NCBI GenBank assembly: GCA_040752575.1
Contig: JBFMGK010000043.1
Location: forward strand, 1-64,000
Origin: Candidatus Bipolaricaulota bacterium
GTDB lineage: Bacteria > Bipolaricaulota > Bipolaricaulia > UBA7950 > UBA9294
Direction: 5' to 3'
Length of the DNA stretch: 64,000 nt
Every line of letters starts with the position of its first letter. The first letter of the stretch is position 1. Below the pieces are notes generated by a model, which was not told where the DNA came from, made no database searches, and saw only the letters and a program-made list of their open reading frames with translations. Shown here in pieces: positions 9,242-19,511 of the stretch. A program made the position numbers and the translations under genes.

Positions 9242-12200
9242 CTAATCTCCACCGCCAGCCGGCACCCGCGGCAGCACGATGTCGTCGGGGATCCGCAGAT
9301 AGACGGTCGCATGGGCGCGGGCCCCGTGCTGGTCCGCGATCGTGTAGTCGAACGCGATGGTCTGCCCCTTGTACGCGGCGCAATCTGCAGCCACGTAGTA
9401 GATCGCTCCTGGATGCGAGCCGCTCGGTATCGCGTCGCCGCACGGCGGCGCTTCGATCGACACGAGGGATACCTCTTCGCCGTCCGGATCCTCGTCGTTG
9501 GAAAGGACGAAGACGAGAATCCAGTACGTTGTCATGTCCGGCGGACGGTCGTCGCGAGCGATCGGTGGGTGATTCACTTCCTCCCGCGTCACCGTGACGT
9601 CGAACGAGCCCGCAACCACCGAGCCGCAAGCGTCGGCGGCTGTCACGGTGACGGACGTCGCCCCGATCGTGAAGAACGCCCCCGACTCGGGAGTGCACTC
9701 AACCGTGAGGGGTGGGCAACCGCCGACCACCTCGACGGCGAACGTCACGTGCTCGCCGTCGTCCCGCGTCGTCGTCACCTCGACATCGTCGACGACGACG
9801 GCAAGCGGCGGATGAATCGTGACCAGGAACGTTCCTGCGGTCATGTTTCCATGCACGTCCGAGGCGGCCGTTGTGACGACGGTCGTGCCGATGGGAAACG
9901 CACAGCCCGGCGAGTGAGACGAAGAGAGTGAGGACACGCCGCAGTTGTCGGTGGCCGTCGCCGGGATCCAGGACACGGCTTTCGTCGTCTCACCCTCTGC
10001 CGCGGCGGTCACGACGCCCGCTGGGACGCCGTGGAGCACGGGCGCTTCGGAGTCCTCAATGTCAACGGAGAACGCGAAGCTCGACTCGTTCCCAGACGGA
10101 TCCTGGGCCGTGTACACGACGACCGTCGACCCAACGGGGAACGTGCTGCCTGGAGCATGAGACGACGTAAGGCTCGCGACCCCGACGTTGTCCGTCACAT
10201 CGATCCCGATGATTGGAGGTCCCCACGCAGCCACCGCACCGCAGACGCCGACGTCGTTCCGGATCGCACCTATGACAGGCGGATCCCACGAGAACACGGG
10301 GGGCTCGCCGTCCAGGATCGTCACCGTCACGTGCCCCGCCACCTCTGCGCCGAAGCCGTCAGCGACCGTGTACGTGAATGAGTCTGAGCCGACATAGCCC
10401 TTTGCTGGCGCGTACGTGACAGCGCCAGCGACGATCGCCGCCGTGCCGTGCGCCGGAGCTGTCACTGCCGTGAGCGTGAGGATGTCCTGATCCGGGTCCG
10501 TGTCGTTCGCCAGGACAGGAACCGCAACGGAGGCATTACTCCTCGTCACGGCCGAATCCGCGCCGGCACTCGGGGCCGTGTTGAGGACATTGACCGTCAC
10601 GGTGACGGGTACCTCGACACGCCCGCCGCGGCCGTCTGTGGCGACAACCGCGAACTGATCTACCTGCTGCCTTCGACTTCGATGCCACGTTAGAAGGGTG
10701 TTCGAGTCGACCTGATACGTCGCCGTCACGCGGTACCGCCCGGCCGTGCCGGACACGAGGGTCCCGGCAATGCCGAACCGCGCGGGCGTCCCGACTCCGA
10801 TCGTGAGTGTGTCGCCGTCGCGGTCCGTGATCTCGAGACACCCAATGTCGTACCACGCGGGATCCATCACCACCATCTGCGTCCGGTAGGCAACGGGCTT
10901 CCACACCTTTCCGAGGCTCATGGGCGTCGACTCCGGCGGTGTGTTCAGGACGGTCACTCGGATTCTTGTCTCGGCGATCGACACTCCGTCCACCGCACAG
11001 AGAACGATCTCGCCGCCGTCAGGATCAGCGAATGTCCCCGCGGCAATGGCCAACCTGAAGAATGCGAAACCGTTGCCGGTGACAAGAAACTCGGGCGACA
11101 ACGAGCCGATGCCGGCGGCACCTGACGCTGTTCTTGCCAGGAGCACCACGAGGTCCTTGTCTTGATCTACGACTTCGATCCGGATGGTGAGGACATCGCC
11201 GACTCGCACGGAGGCCGTGGAAGGCTGGACCTGCGCGAACGTCGGCGTGCGGTTGCCTGCGCGAACATGCTGAGGGATGTACGGAGGCACGCTTGGCGCG
11301 ACGCCCCACATCGGGACCTCGTCGAGAGGGTCGCGCGCCGGCAGCCCGCCTGCGAAGCTGCGGTAGTAGTCTGCTGGCGCGGCATGCCCCGCCCAAGCCT
11401 CTGTCTCTGCAGCATCGCAGACGAAGGGCGGGGCTTCCCACAGCTCCATGCTTGCGCCAACGCCGACGCTGCCTGTCGCCCCGGCAGTCACCGCGCTCAC
11501 CTTCACCGAGCGCAGTCCGAGGACGCTGGACATGAAGCCCGCGTCCTCCTCGGCCGCGAGATACATCATGACGTCCCCGATCATGCCCCGGTGCGAGTAG
11601 TCCGCCAGCCTTGCCCCAGCGGCAGCCAACTCCTCCGGCGCTGCATGGGGAACGACCTTGAGAGATGCGGACCCGAGGATGCAGAGGACGGCCTTCACCG
11701 CATACGTCGCAACCGACGGCGGAGCCTTCTCGATCGCTGACCGCGCCACGCTCAGCACGGACGGCGTCGGCACCTTGTCATCGTAGACGGCCTCGAGCAC
11801 GGGCATGATGCGGTCGACCGCTTCGCCGAGCACTCCAAGCTTGTCAAAGGGAATGAATGAGAGAAACGCCCGAATCCAGTCAGCCTGGACATCTGTCAGA
11901 TTCACGACGCTTGCCGGCTCGATGACCGCGAGGTTGAGGGTCAGCTGCCGGCCTTGCGCGATCTCCAGGGCCTCACCGACCTGAGTCAGCGTCCCATCGA
12001 CGCGGCCCCAAACCTGCTTCTCGAGAACATCCCTGTTAGGAGTTGTCTTCCGAGCGTCGAAGCTCAGGAGTACGTCGGCCGGCGTGCCCTCCGCGAGCTG
12101 GCTCTGAACGCCTCCGAGGAGGCAGAGGTCGACCCACCCGCTCTCGCCGTACGATATCTTGTGCAGTGTGGCGCCTTGCGGAGCTTCTCTGATGGCTTCA

Positions 12201-12682
12201 GCCAACCCTGCCATCGTGTAGCTTGCCGACACGTTGAGCGCTGGGGCGAAGAGCAGGCCAAGCCAGCCGGGCTGTAGTGCAGGTTCCTGCCCCACCGTGT
12301 CGATTGGAAGCATGAGTTCTCGCTTGCCGGTTGCGGGATCGACATCGGCGTGGAAGTACCGCGCCGACTTGCTTGGGACGACGAGGCCGCAGGCAGCCGA
12401 TCCAGCCACTTCCCGTCCCCAGTGGCGGGCCTGCTCTTCAGCGGCCGGTGATGCTCCGGTCCTCTCCAGTTCCTCGGTCTGATCAAGGGTCGGGTCGTAG
12501 AGCACCACGTGGGCCGCGCCGCACTGCCTTAAGGAACTCCCGAACTGCATCTGCGCAGCGTCGAGATGCGCTCTGGGCGCGCTGTAGATCACATCGCCGG
12601 TTGAGGCACTCGCGGCACCACAAGACGCAGCGGCAAGCAGGCACAGAGCCCCAACGAGCGCGTGCCGACATGCGCCGTTCAT
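9242..12682 (-). CDS. Large secreted protein with Ig-like (Big_9/tandem-95) and HYR domains, putative adhesin
   Basis: NTAPSAGADSA..VLANDTDPDQD..PAHGTA..YTVADG; HYR motifs TDNxG...FPxGxTVV.YTAxD; signal peptide. Confidence 0.8.
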   Translation of the reverse strand: MNGACRHALVGALCLLAAASCGAASASTGDVIYSAPRAHLDAAQMQFGSSLRQCGAAHVVLYDPTLDQTEELERTGASPAAEEQARHWGREVAGSAACGLVVPSKSARYFHADVDPATGKRELMLPIDTVGQEPALQPGWLGLLFAPALNVSASYTMAGLAEAIREAPQGATLHKISYGESGWVDLCLLGGVQSQLAEGTPADVLLSFDARKTTPNRDVLEKQVWGRVDGTLTQVGEALEIAQGRQLTLNLAVIEPASVVNLTDVQADWIRAFLSFIPFDKLGVLGEAVDRIMPVLEAVYDDKVPTPSVLSVARSAIEKAPPSVATYAVKAVLCILGSASLKVVPHAAPEELAAAGARLADYSHRGMIGDVMMYLAAEEDAGFMSSVLGLRSVKVSAVTAGATGSVGVGASMELWEAPPFVCDAAETEAWAGHAAPADYYRSFAGGLPARDPLDEVPMWGVAPSVPPYIPQHVRAGNRTPTFAQVQPSTASVRVGDVLTIRIEVVDQDKDLVVLLARTASGAAGIGSLSPEFLVTGNGFAFFRLAIAAGTFADPDGGEIVLCAVDGVSIAETRIRVTVLNTPPESTPMSLGKVWKPVAYRTQMVVMDPAWYDIGCLEITDRDGDTLTIGVGTPARFGIAGTLVSGTAGRYRVTATYQVDSNTLLTWHRSRRQQVDQFAVVATDGRGGRVEVPVTVTVNVLNTAPSAGADSAVTRSNASVAVPVLANDTDPDQDILTLTAVTAPAHGTAAIVAGAVTYAPAKGYVGSDSFTYTVADGFGAEVAGHVTVTILDGEPPVFSWDPPVIGAIRNDVGVCGAVAAWGPPIIGIDVTDNVGVASLTSSHAPGSTFPVGSTVVVYTAQDPSGNESSFAFSVDIEDSEAPVLHGVPAGVVTAAAEGETTKAVSWIPATATDNCGVSSLSSSHSPGCAFPIGTTVVTTAASDVHGNMTAGTFLVTIHPPLAVVVDDVEVTTTRDDGEHVTFAVEVVGGCPPLTVECTPESGAFFTIGATSVTVTAADACGSVVAGSFDVTVTREEVNHPPIARDDRPPDMTTYWILVFVLSNDEDPDGEEVSLVSIEAPPCGDAIPSGSHPGAIYYVAADCAAYKGQTIAFDYTIADQHGARAHATVYLRIPDDIVLPRVPAGGGD

Positions 12683-15132
12683 CGCGCGTCTCCGAACCGG
12701 TTGAGGAGGACGGACACGAGCTTCTCGTCGACGTTGATGACGTCGAGCCATCCGTCAGCATTGACATCGGCAAGGCAACCGAGCCGAACGAAACTCGCGC
12801 GGAGAACCCTCGCTGTGTCGATGAACTGGGCACGCGGGTTGTCAGGCTCCAACAGCGGGCCGAGGGCAACACTCACGTGGCCGAAGAACGTCCCCACGGC
12901 GTCGAGGACGCCGTCGCCGTTCATGTCAGCGCTCAGCTCGAAGAGGTGGTCGCTGTCTGTGCGCTCGAAGTGCCCCGTGCCGTCTCCCAGTGCAAGGTGG
13001 GCCTTGCCCGTACTCAGATCATCGACGAGGAAGTCGAGATGGCCGTCGCCGTTGACGTCGCCGACTCCGCTGAAGTACAGGTCCCCTTCGGCGAAGCCCC
13101 AAGCGAAGGTGTACTCGCCGTCTCGGCTGCCGACCCAGACGGCCACCGCCTCTGTGCGGTTGTAGCCTTCTGCGTCTTTGTCGAGGCTGATCACGGCCAC
13201 GACGTCGGGTACTCCATCGTGGGTGAAGTCGGCGACGCGCGCCTGGCGGAATCCGTCCAGCTCCCAAGGGGGAGATCCCGGCTCAGCGCGCGGCGCCTCA
13301 AACGCAGCGGCGGGAACCAGCTTGCCGTCGGCTGCTCCGAATGATGCGAACGCGCCGGAGAGGGAAGACGCGACAATGACGTCTTGGCACGCGTCGCCGT
13401 CAATGTTCGCAGGCAACAGCAGTCGGAGGAACTCGACCGTCGGCAGCGCCGGCTCGTCGTCGGCAACGAACGCGCGCGTTCCCGTGCCGGCGTACAACCA
13501 GATCGCACCCCACATGCCGCGTTGGCCTGTCTCCGCCGCGATCAGGATGTCCGGCTCCCCGTCGCCGTTGAAGTCGCCGACCGCGACATCCTCAACCCAG
13601 TGCTCGCTGTCAAACAGGAGTCCGCCGTCGGCGAACCGCCCCGTGCCGTCGCCGTAGGCCACGCCGACGCCGCACATGTCGCCGTAGTAGACCAGATCCT
13701 GATGCCCGTCGTGGTCGAAGTCGGCGGTCTCTTCTGCGACCCTGTTGCCGCACGTCGTGGCGGAGTCGAAAGGCGGGCTCAACCAGCCAGCCCCCAGGCC
13801 GCCGCGACCGTCCCCCGCAATCACCGCCAGATCGCGCGCGGTGCCTTGCGCGCCGACGTCCAGATGCCCGTCGCCGTTGAAGTCGCCGACAAACGGAACG
13901 ACCGGGCCCACGGGACAGAGGTAGATCGAGCCGGTCCCCGGCGCGAGCGCCGCGCTGCCGGTCAACACGCTTACGCTGCCCGAGCGACCGAACACCAAGA
14001 GCTCGTCGCCCGGATTGCCGTCCAACTCGCAGCCGATGAGCGTTCGCGCCACGGTCGCGGCCCGCCACTCTGCGCGCTCGAACGTCCGCGCTCCCGCGTT
14101 GCGCAGGACGCGGATCCGCCCTTCGTTTGCCACCGACGCTTGACTCATCTCGCCCGTCGCGAAGAACGCCTCGATCGGGGTATCGAAGTCGAGCGGGTAG
14201 GCGATCGCGATGTCGGTCCGGCCGTCGCCGTTGAGGTCGGCGAGTGCGACATCGCGCGGCGACCGCCCGTCGTCCCACGGATCCCACACGACATTAAACG
14301 CGCCGCCCGCCTTGCCATACGCGATGCACACGGACGTGGGCGTGTAGATGCTCGTGCTTCCCACCGCGACGACATCGAGCCAACCGTCGCCGTCCATGTC
14401 ATGCAGCCACGCGCACAGAGCCCCGACCACGACGCCGCGATCCGTCGGCGTCGTCGGGCCGTCGCGGAACTGCCTCCCGCCTTCGCCGACAAGCACGCGG
14501 AACTCCTGACAGCCCGTGTCCTCGTCGAGTGCCACGAGCACCAGGTCGAGCCGCGCATCGTGCGTCACGTCGCCGGCGAGCACGCTCATCGCGCTCGTGG
14601 GGGCGGAGAGCTCGGACTGCTCGGAGAACGCCCCTGTCTCGGAGCCCCAGAGAATGCGGACGACGGCGGGGCCGATCGCCTGCCCGTCCGCGTCGACGGG
14701 AGTGTCCAGCGCCACGACGTCAAGCCAACCGTCGCCGTCAAGATCGGCGAGCTCCACGGCCACCACACAGACCGTGTTGCAGACGGGCTGGATGCGCGGA
14801 AATGCCCCCGTGCCGTCTCCGTACGCAACGACGATCCGGCCTGCCGTCTTGACGAACGACATGCTCTCACCGTCTTGGTTGTAGAAGGCCCAGATCGTCG
14901 GCAGGACCACGTCGAGGTGCCCGTCCCGGTTGACGTCGCCGACCGCGGCGCGGAGGTCCACGTGCGCCGCGAAGGGATCTCCGTAGAGGTTGTACCCGGG
15001 GAGAAGACCGCTCTCGGTGAACGTCGTTCCGGTACTGCGCCACACCTCGGGGGCGGGCACGTCCTGTCCGGCAACGGAACCGCCGTACAGCAAGACGAAC
15101 GTCGTGAACCATGAGAACACTCGCCAGATCAT
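12679..15132 (-). CDS. Secreted FG-GAP (VCBS/integrin-like) repeat protein
   Basis: About a dozen GDxNGDGxxD motifs; signal peptide; GGAGG RBS; ATGA overlap with the downstream gene. Confidence 0.9.
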   Translation of the reverse strand: MIWRVFSWFTTFVLLYGGSVAGQDVPAPEVWRSTGTTFTESGLLPGYNLYGDPFAAHVDLRAAVGDVNRDGHLDVVLPTIWAFYNQDGESMSFVKTAGRIVVAYGDGTGAFPRIQPVCNTVCVVAVELADLDGDGWLDVVALDTPVDADGQAIGPAVVRILWGSETGAFSEQSELSAPTSAMSVLAGDVTHDARLDLVLVALDEDTGCQEFRVLVGEGGRQFRDGPTTPTDRGVVVGALCAWLHDMDGDGWLDVVAVGSTSIYTPTSVCIAYGKAGGAFNVVWDPWDDGRSPRDVALADLNGDGRTDIAIAYPLDFDTPIEAFFATGEMSQASVANEGRIRVLRNAGARTFERAEWRAATVARTLIGCELDGNPGDELLVFGRSGSVSVLTGSAALAPGTGSIYLCPVGPVVPFVGDFNGDGHLDVGAQGTARDLAVIAGDGRGGLGAGWLSPPFDSATTCGNRVAEETADFDHDGHQDLVYYGDMCGVGVAYGDGTGRFADGGLLFDSEHWVEDVAVGDFNGDGEPDILIAAETGQRGMWGAIWLYAGTGTRAFVADDEPALPTVEFLRLLLPANIDGDACQDVIVASSLSGAFASFGAADGKLVPAAAFEAPRAEPGSPPWELDGFRQARVADFTHDGVPDVVAVISLDKDAEGYNRTEAVAVWVGSRDGEYTFAWGFAEGDLYFSGVGDVNGDGHLDFLVDDLSTGKAHLALGDGTGHFERTDSDHLFELSADMNGDGVLDAVGTFFGHVSVALGPLLEPDNPRAQFIDTARVLRASFVRLGCLADVNADGWLDVINVDEKLVSVLLNRFGDAR

Positions 15133-15737
15133 TTCCCCTCCTTGAAGACGCATCCTACACGATTTCTTCCGGTGTATGCAAGATGCACCCCATACATGAT
15201 GACACACTAGACGCTGTCCTTATATGTCTCGTAGGTCAGCCAGTGGCGCGTGCGTTGCCGCAGAGGAAGCCCGTGGCCGCTAACGTTCTGCACGTGCAGG
15301 CATCCTTGCCGGCCACCTTCCCTTGGCCACGGAAACGGGCGCTGCCCTCAGGCCGCAGAGAAGGCTGCCGCCCGAGTGCACAGGCGAATACCGCCAGGTC
15401 TCTCATGGCAGAGGATGTCCCACTCTCTCGAGGCAGATCTCCGTCGCGCTTTCCATGCCTATTACGGCAAAGATCAGCTCGAACACGCCGTCACGATCGA
15501 TGCCGCAAACGGCGGGCGGTTCACATGGGCTCTGGATAGATAGAGGAGAAGCCGCGGGAGCGCCTTCGGCGTTGTGTCGTCAGAGCTGCAGCCGGCGACA
15601 TGAGCGCTTGCCTGGTGCATGATGGGGGACTCGGACATGGCCGCGCGGCATCAAGCCGCTGCCTGGGCGGGAGCCGTACTAGGCCGTGGGCAAACCCGTT
15701 CGCGGGACGCATCGGCGAGGACGAGAAGGAGGACGCA

Positions 15738-17159
15738 ATGAGGCAGCGATCCGTTGCGAAGTGGGTCTTCGTGGCCGTCACGATCGCGGCAGCTGGGATG
15801 CTCGCCAAGACGGCTCCCGAGCTTCTGGAGCCTCGCTACGGCGACTTGCGATCGGCCTTGGCGGGCTGCGATCGTCTGCTCGATGAGTTGGGCGAAGCGT
15901 TGGTCAAGGAGCTGGTCCTTGATGACCCGAACGGAATCACGCTCTACCGTTTCTACTCCTTCGCCTTTGCAGGCGACGTGTACGTTGCCTGGTCAAACAC
16001 CGGGCGCGTCGAGCCTATCCGGGGACTGACGGGACTCGCGTGGTCGCTCGACTGCGGAACACGGGGCAAGCTGGGCTCCGGCGTGCCGAGAGCCGTGAGC
16101 GATATCGGGGTCGGGCCGACGCCCACTGCCCTGTTGCCGTGCACCCCCTCGAGTCCCGTGATCGCGTCGATTGCGTTGGCCGGGCCCCCCATTCGCCCGT
16201 TCAAGTCGAGCGGCGACCTATGGATGTCCACGTGGGCCGATGATGGTGCTCTCTATACGGGATGGGGGGACGGGTTCGGCGTGGATCCGCTTGCCCACGA
16301 GGTGTGGTCGGATTGCGGGATCGCCTGTCTCACTGGATCCCTCCCCAAGCTTAGCGCCACGGAGGTTTGCTACATCGCCCCAACGAGTGAGCCCGAGGTG
16401 AATGACAAGCCCTCGAGTCTCCTGTCGATCGACGGTCGGCTGGTCGGCGCGTTTCACTCTCCGCTGGGAGACGCGTGGATCGGGTACCTCGCCTACTCCG
16501 ATGACTACGGGCACAACTGGACGAGGGTGGGATACCATGACCCCGGCGATCCCTGGTCGGCCGGCGCGTCGCCATGGGTTCGCGACGCGTGCTCTGCAGT
16601 CCGTTGCCTCTGCTTCATCCAGATGGGCCAGGACTATGAGCTCAACACAGATGGCTACGTCTACGCACTGGGTATCGGCACGGAGTGGTCGTGGATGGGC
16701 CCCGTAAGACTGACGCGCGTCCCCGTCGCTTCGATTCTCGACTACGACGCCTATCAGTATTGCGCGGGGCTTGATCCATCAGGAGATCCGATTTGGTCGC
16801 ACGACGAGCGGCGCGCCGTGCCGCTTCCCGGCGTACGAGCGTCTGAGCAGGGCTCGGCGATGTTCCACCCCCAGCTCAAACGCTACCTATTCCTGACGAA
16901 CCCTCATCTCTACGATGCCCCAACGCCCTGGGGCCCCTGGACGTACGCCGGCACCTGGACCGGAGTCGGGACGGACGCGCCCATTGAGTGGTTCGGGGGC
17001 TACCAGCCCGGGATCATCTCCAAGGACACGGAATCGAATGCTTTCTGGTTCACACTCTCCGGGCAGAACGAGGCACCTCAGGTGGAGTACATGCTGAGTC
17101 TCGGACGGATCGAGATGACGCTGCGACCTCTGCAGGCGAGTGGAACTGCCGTCCCGTAG
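15738..17159 (+). CDS. Secreted protein with DUF4185-like propeller domain
   Basis: SGDLWMSTWADDG.LY..WGDG, YSDDYGHNW, DGYVY, APTPWGPW. Confidence 0.7.
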   Translation: MRQRSVAKWVFVAVTIAAAGMLAKTAPELLEPRYGDLRSALAGCDRLLDELGEALVKELVLDDPNGITLYRFYSFAFAGDVYVAWSNTGRVEPIRGLTGLAWSLDCGTRGKLGSGVPRAVSDIGVGPTPTALLPCTPSSPVIASIALAGPPIRPFKSSGDLWMSTWADDGALYTGWGDGFGVDPLAHEVWSDCGIACLTGSLPKLSATEVCYIAPTSEPEVNDKPSSLLSIDGRLVGAFHSPLGDAWIGYLAYSDDYGHNWTRVGYHDPGDPWSAGASPWVRDACSAVRCLCFIQMGQDYELNTDGYVYALGIGTEWSWMGPVRLTRVPVASILDYDAYQYCAGLDPSGDPIWSHDERRAVPLPGVRASEQGSAMFHPQLKRYLFLTNPHLYDAPTPWGPWTYAGTWTGVGTDAPIEWFGGYQPGIISKDTESNAFWFTLSGQNEAPQVEYMLSLGRIEMTLRPLQASGTAVP

Positions 17160-17548
17160 AGCTCGGGGGCGAGGGACTGCAAGTCCGAACCGCGAGGTTG
17201 GCTCCGGCGCGAATCCGGGTCCTTGTGTTGGCGTACGCCCGCCGAGCTGCCCCGCAGCACGGCATAGAGCACGCTGCCCATCGCGCCCCGTAGGGTGGCC
17301 TACCGCTGTCGCTTCGGCTTCCTCAGGTATCGAAGCATCGCCGCAGCCCCCAACGCCAGAAGAGCCAGCCACAAGAGCGTCGCAGCAAGCGAGACGATCG
17401 ACACCCGGAGCGGCGCGCCGCTTGACGCGATGCGCAACCGCCGAATGCCGGGCGAGGAGAGCGACGGCCTCGCGTAGGGCAGCTTGGACCGCGGTTTGGC
17501 CCACCGCGCCCAGATGGGTAGATTGGGGCGCTGAGGGAGGTTCGAGGG

Positions 17549-18034
17549 ATGGCACGTGAGAGCAAGATCCTGAAGCTGGGCGATCGAGCGCCCGACTTCG
17601 CGCTCCCAGATCCGCTCACCGGCGAGGTCATCGGGCTTGCCGATCTCCTAGGGAAGCCCATCCTCCTCTATTTCGGACGCGGGACGTGGTGCCCAACGTG
17701 CCGGCAGTGGATGGACAAGGTGCAAGCCAACATTGGGGAACTGGAGACACGCGGCGCGCGGATGGTCACGGTCATGGCGCAAAACGCGGCGGGGATGAAG
17801 GCATTCTTGGAGACGAAGCGCTATCCCTTCCCGGTTCTCGCCGACGCGACCCGCGAGGTGGCCAAGCAGTATGGCGTCTACGTTCGCGCCAACTTCGAGT
17901 CGATCAACATCGCTCGCCCGGCGAACTTCGTCCTCGACGCGGCGGGAACGATTCGCTACCTCCACATCGCGAGCATTCAGTTCGAGTACGCCTCGTTCTC
18001 CGAGATCCTCGCGACGCTCGACGCCCTGGCTTAG
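17549..18034 (+). CDS. Peroxiredoxin-like AhpC/TSA redoxin
   Basis: LGDRAPDFAL, RGTWCPTC, RPANFVLD. Confidence 0.88.
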   Translation: MARESKILKLGDRAPDFALPDPLTGEVIGLADLLGKPILLYFGRGTWCPTCRQWMDKVQANIGELETRGARMVTVMAQNAAGMKAFLETKRYPFPVLADATREVAKQYGVYVRANFESINIARPANFVLDAAGTIRYLHIASIQFEYASFSEILATLDALA

Positions 18035-18260
18035 CCGTACTCGCACGCTGCATCTCGCTCCGGCGAGGGTCGGGCATCAGGCACATGGGTTTGGCGCGAT
18101 GGTCTGCCGAGTCGCGCGGTCTGCGGATTGGCACGACGCAACGGGATGCGCCGTTCTTGCTGGATTTCTCATCTTATCATGTAGTTTGTCTTTTGGAGCC
18201 TGACGCATTATCATGGTGACGTTCCTTGCGTTGCACCATGCAGTCGATCGGGTGAGGAGT

Positions 18261-18404
18261 ATGGTGACAGAGATTCAGACGACAGGGCCCGCGCTGTGGA
18301 TTCCCCTGATCACGACCATCGCTAGCCTGATGGTGTGGGGATTCATCATCTACGTGGTCGTGCTGGTCGTTCGCGTTCTGCATCGCCTCTTGCGGAGGCT
18401 GTAG
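18261..18404 (+). CDS. Small single-pass membrane protein (47 aa)
   Basis: GAGGAG RBS; long hydrophobic stretch followed by RVLHRLLRRL. Confidence 0.55.
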   Translation: MVTEIQTTGPALWIPLITTIASLMVWGFIIYVVVLVVRVLHRLLRRL

Positions 18405-18459
18405 CTGGCTCTGCAAGGGGGAGCTGAGAGCGCGGGTCGCCCAGTTCGTTCATGGGGAT

Positions 18460-18705
18460 CTATCGGGTCCGTCTTGCCACCCATCGACGGACCACACCCT
18501 TGAGCAGAGCGGTGGCGCCGAAACCTAGTCCCAACAGGAGCAGCGGCATCCACCAGACGCAGAGCGGCGCACTCAGCGCTGCGACGACGTTGCCCGACCG
18601 CGCCCAGCGGGCAACGAACACACCGAGCCCGGCAGCTGCTGCGCAAGCCAGGGACTCCACGACGAATCCAAGAGCTCCCACCGCCCATTGCGGACGCATG
18701 ACCAT
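18460..18705 (-). CDS. Small two-pass membrane protein
   Basis: GGAGG RBS; two hydrophobic segments and basic tail. Confidence 0.5.
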   Translation of the reverse strand: MVMRPQWAVGALGFVVESLACAAAAGLGVFVARWARSGNVVAALSAPLCVWWMPLLLLGLGFGATALLKGVVRRWVARRTR

Positions 18706-18909
18706 CAACCTCCGGTCACGAGCCAGCGCTCCCCATCGCGTAGGCCCAATCGAGCGTTTCGGGGACTCGCCGACTCCCTCCGTCCGGCGCGCGACCTCGG
18801 GCCCTGTCCGCTTGAGGCGAATCGCGCCGCCACGAGCGTCACCGGTGTCGGAGTACGCGCGACAGCCTGACGCAGGAGCCGGCACCCGGCAGTTGGGCGC
18901 CAGCACACA

Positions 18910-19029
18910 CTACTTCCAGAGCGCCCTGAAGGCTCGACGTCCCACGTAGACGACGATGGCGCACGCCCCGACGAGCACGGCGACGTTCAGTCCGAGGTTG
19001 ACGTAGTCAATCCAGGTGTTTGAGTGCAC
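18910..19029 (-). CDS. Small single-pass membrane peptide (39 aa, not in ORF track)
   Basis: GGAGG-N9-GTG; MHSNTWIDYVNLGLNVAVLVGACAIVVYVGRRAFRALWK*. Confidence 0.55.
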   Translation of the reverse strand: MHSNTWIDYVNLGLNVAVLVGACAIVVYVGRRAFRALWK

Positions 19030-19114
19030 TCCGAACCACCTCCAGGTGCCGCGAGGCAACACCTACCTGTTGCCTCTCATCCCCTGCTGCTGTTGCGGCT
19101 AGCGTCTGCTGACG

Positions 19115-19143
19115 TAAGAAGTATACAACTTTCTTGTTATAAT
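19115..19143 (+). promoter_or_regulatory. Extended -10 promoter with adjacent imperfect palindrome
   Basis: TGtTATAAT at 19135-19143 preceded by AAGAAG..ACTTTCTT in an AT-rich island. Confidence 0.45.
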
Positions 19144-19301
19144 ACCACTACTTGAGCACACACCGCCACCGCATAGCACCCGGCGATGCCGAGTGCGAGA
19201 GCGTGAGTCGGTCCCGGCTCGGCGTGGGGCATCGCCTGTGCAACAGGATCCGCCACCGACGTAGGAAGGGTCAAGGGGCGATCTCCTTCCCGGTGGTGGG
19301 A

Positions 19302-19326
19302 GATTGGGTACTGCGTCCCGGGAATC
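19302..19326 (-). repeat. Family-A dispersed repeat (degenerate, inverted)
   Basis: GATTGGGTACTGCGTCCCGGGAATC vs ATTAGGTACTATGTCCCCGGAATC at 29381. Confidence 0.65.
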
Positions 19327-19511
19327 GCCCTCGCGTCGAAGAAGGCGCCCGTTTGCTCGGGCCGTTGCCCCGTCAAGCCCATGCCAGCGATCGTTCGCCG
19401 TGCGCCCCCAGATCACGACACGGGTCCGGCAGGCGATGGCTGAACCAGGAAGCGCGCGAGAGAGACTCATCTCCTGATGGCGCAGAGACATCTCTGCGCA
19501 GAGGAGGAATC

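Noticed and set aside
15416..15543. Short ORF MSHSLEADLRRAFHAYYGKDQ...
   Set aside because: Protein-like but no recognisable family; possibly a gene fragment.
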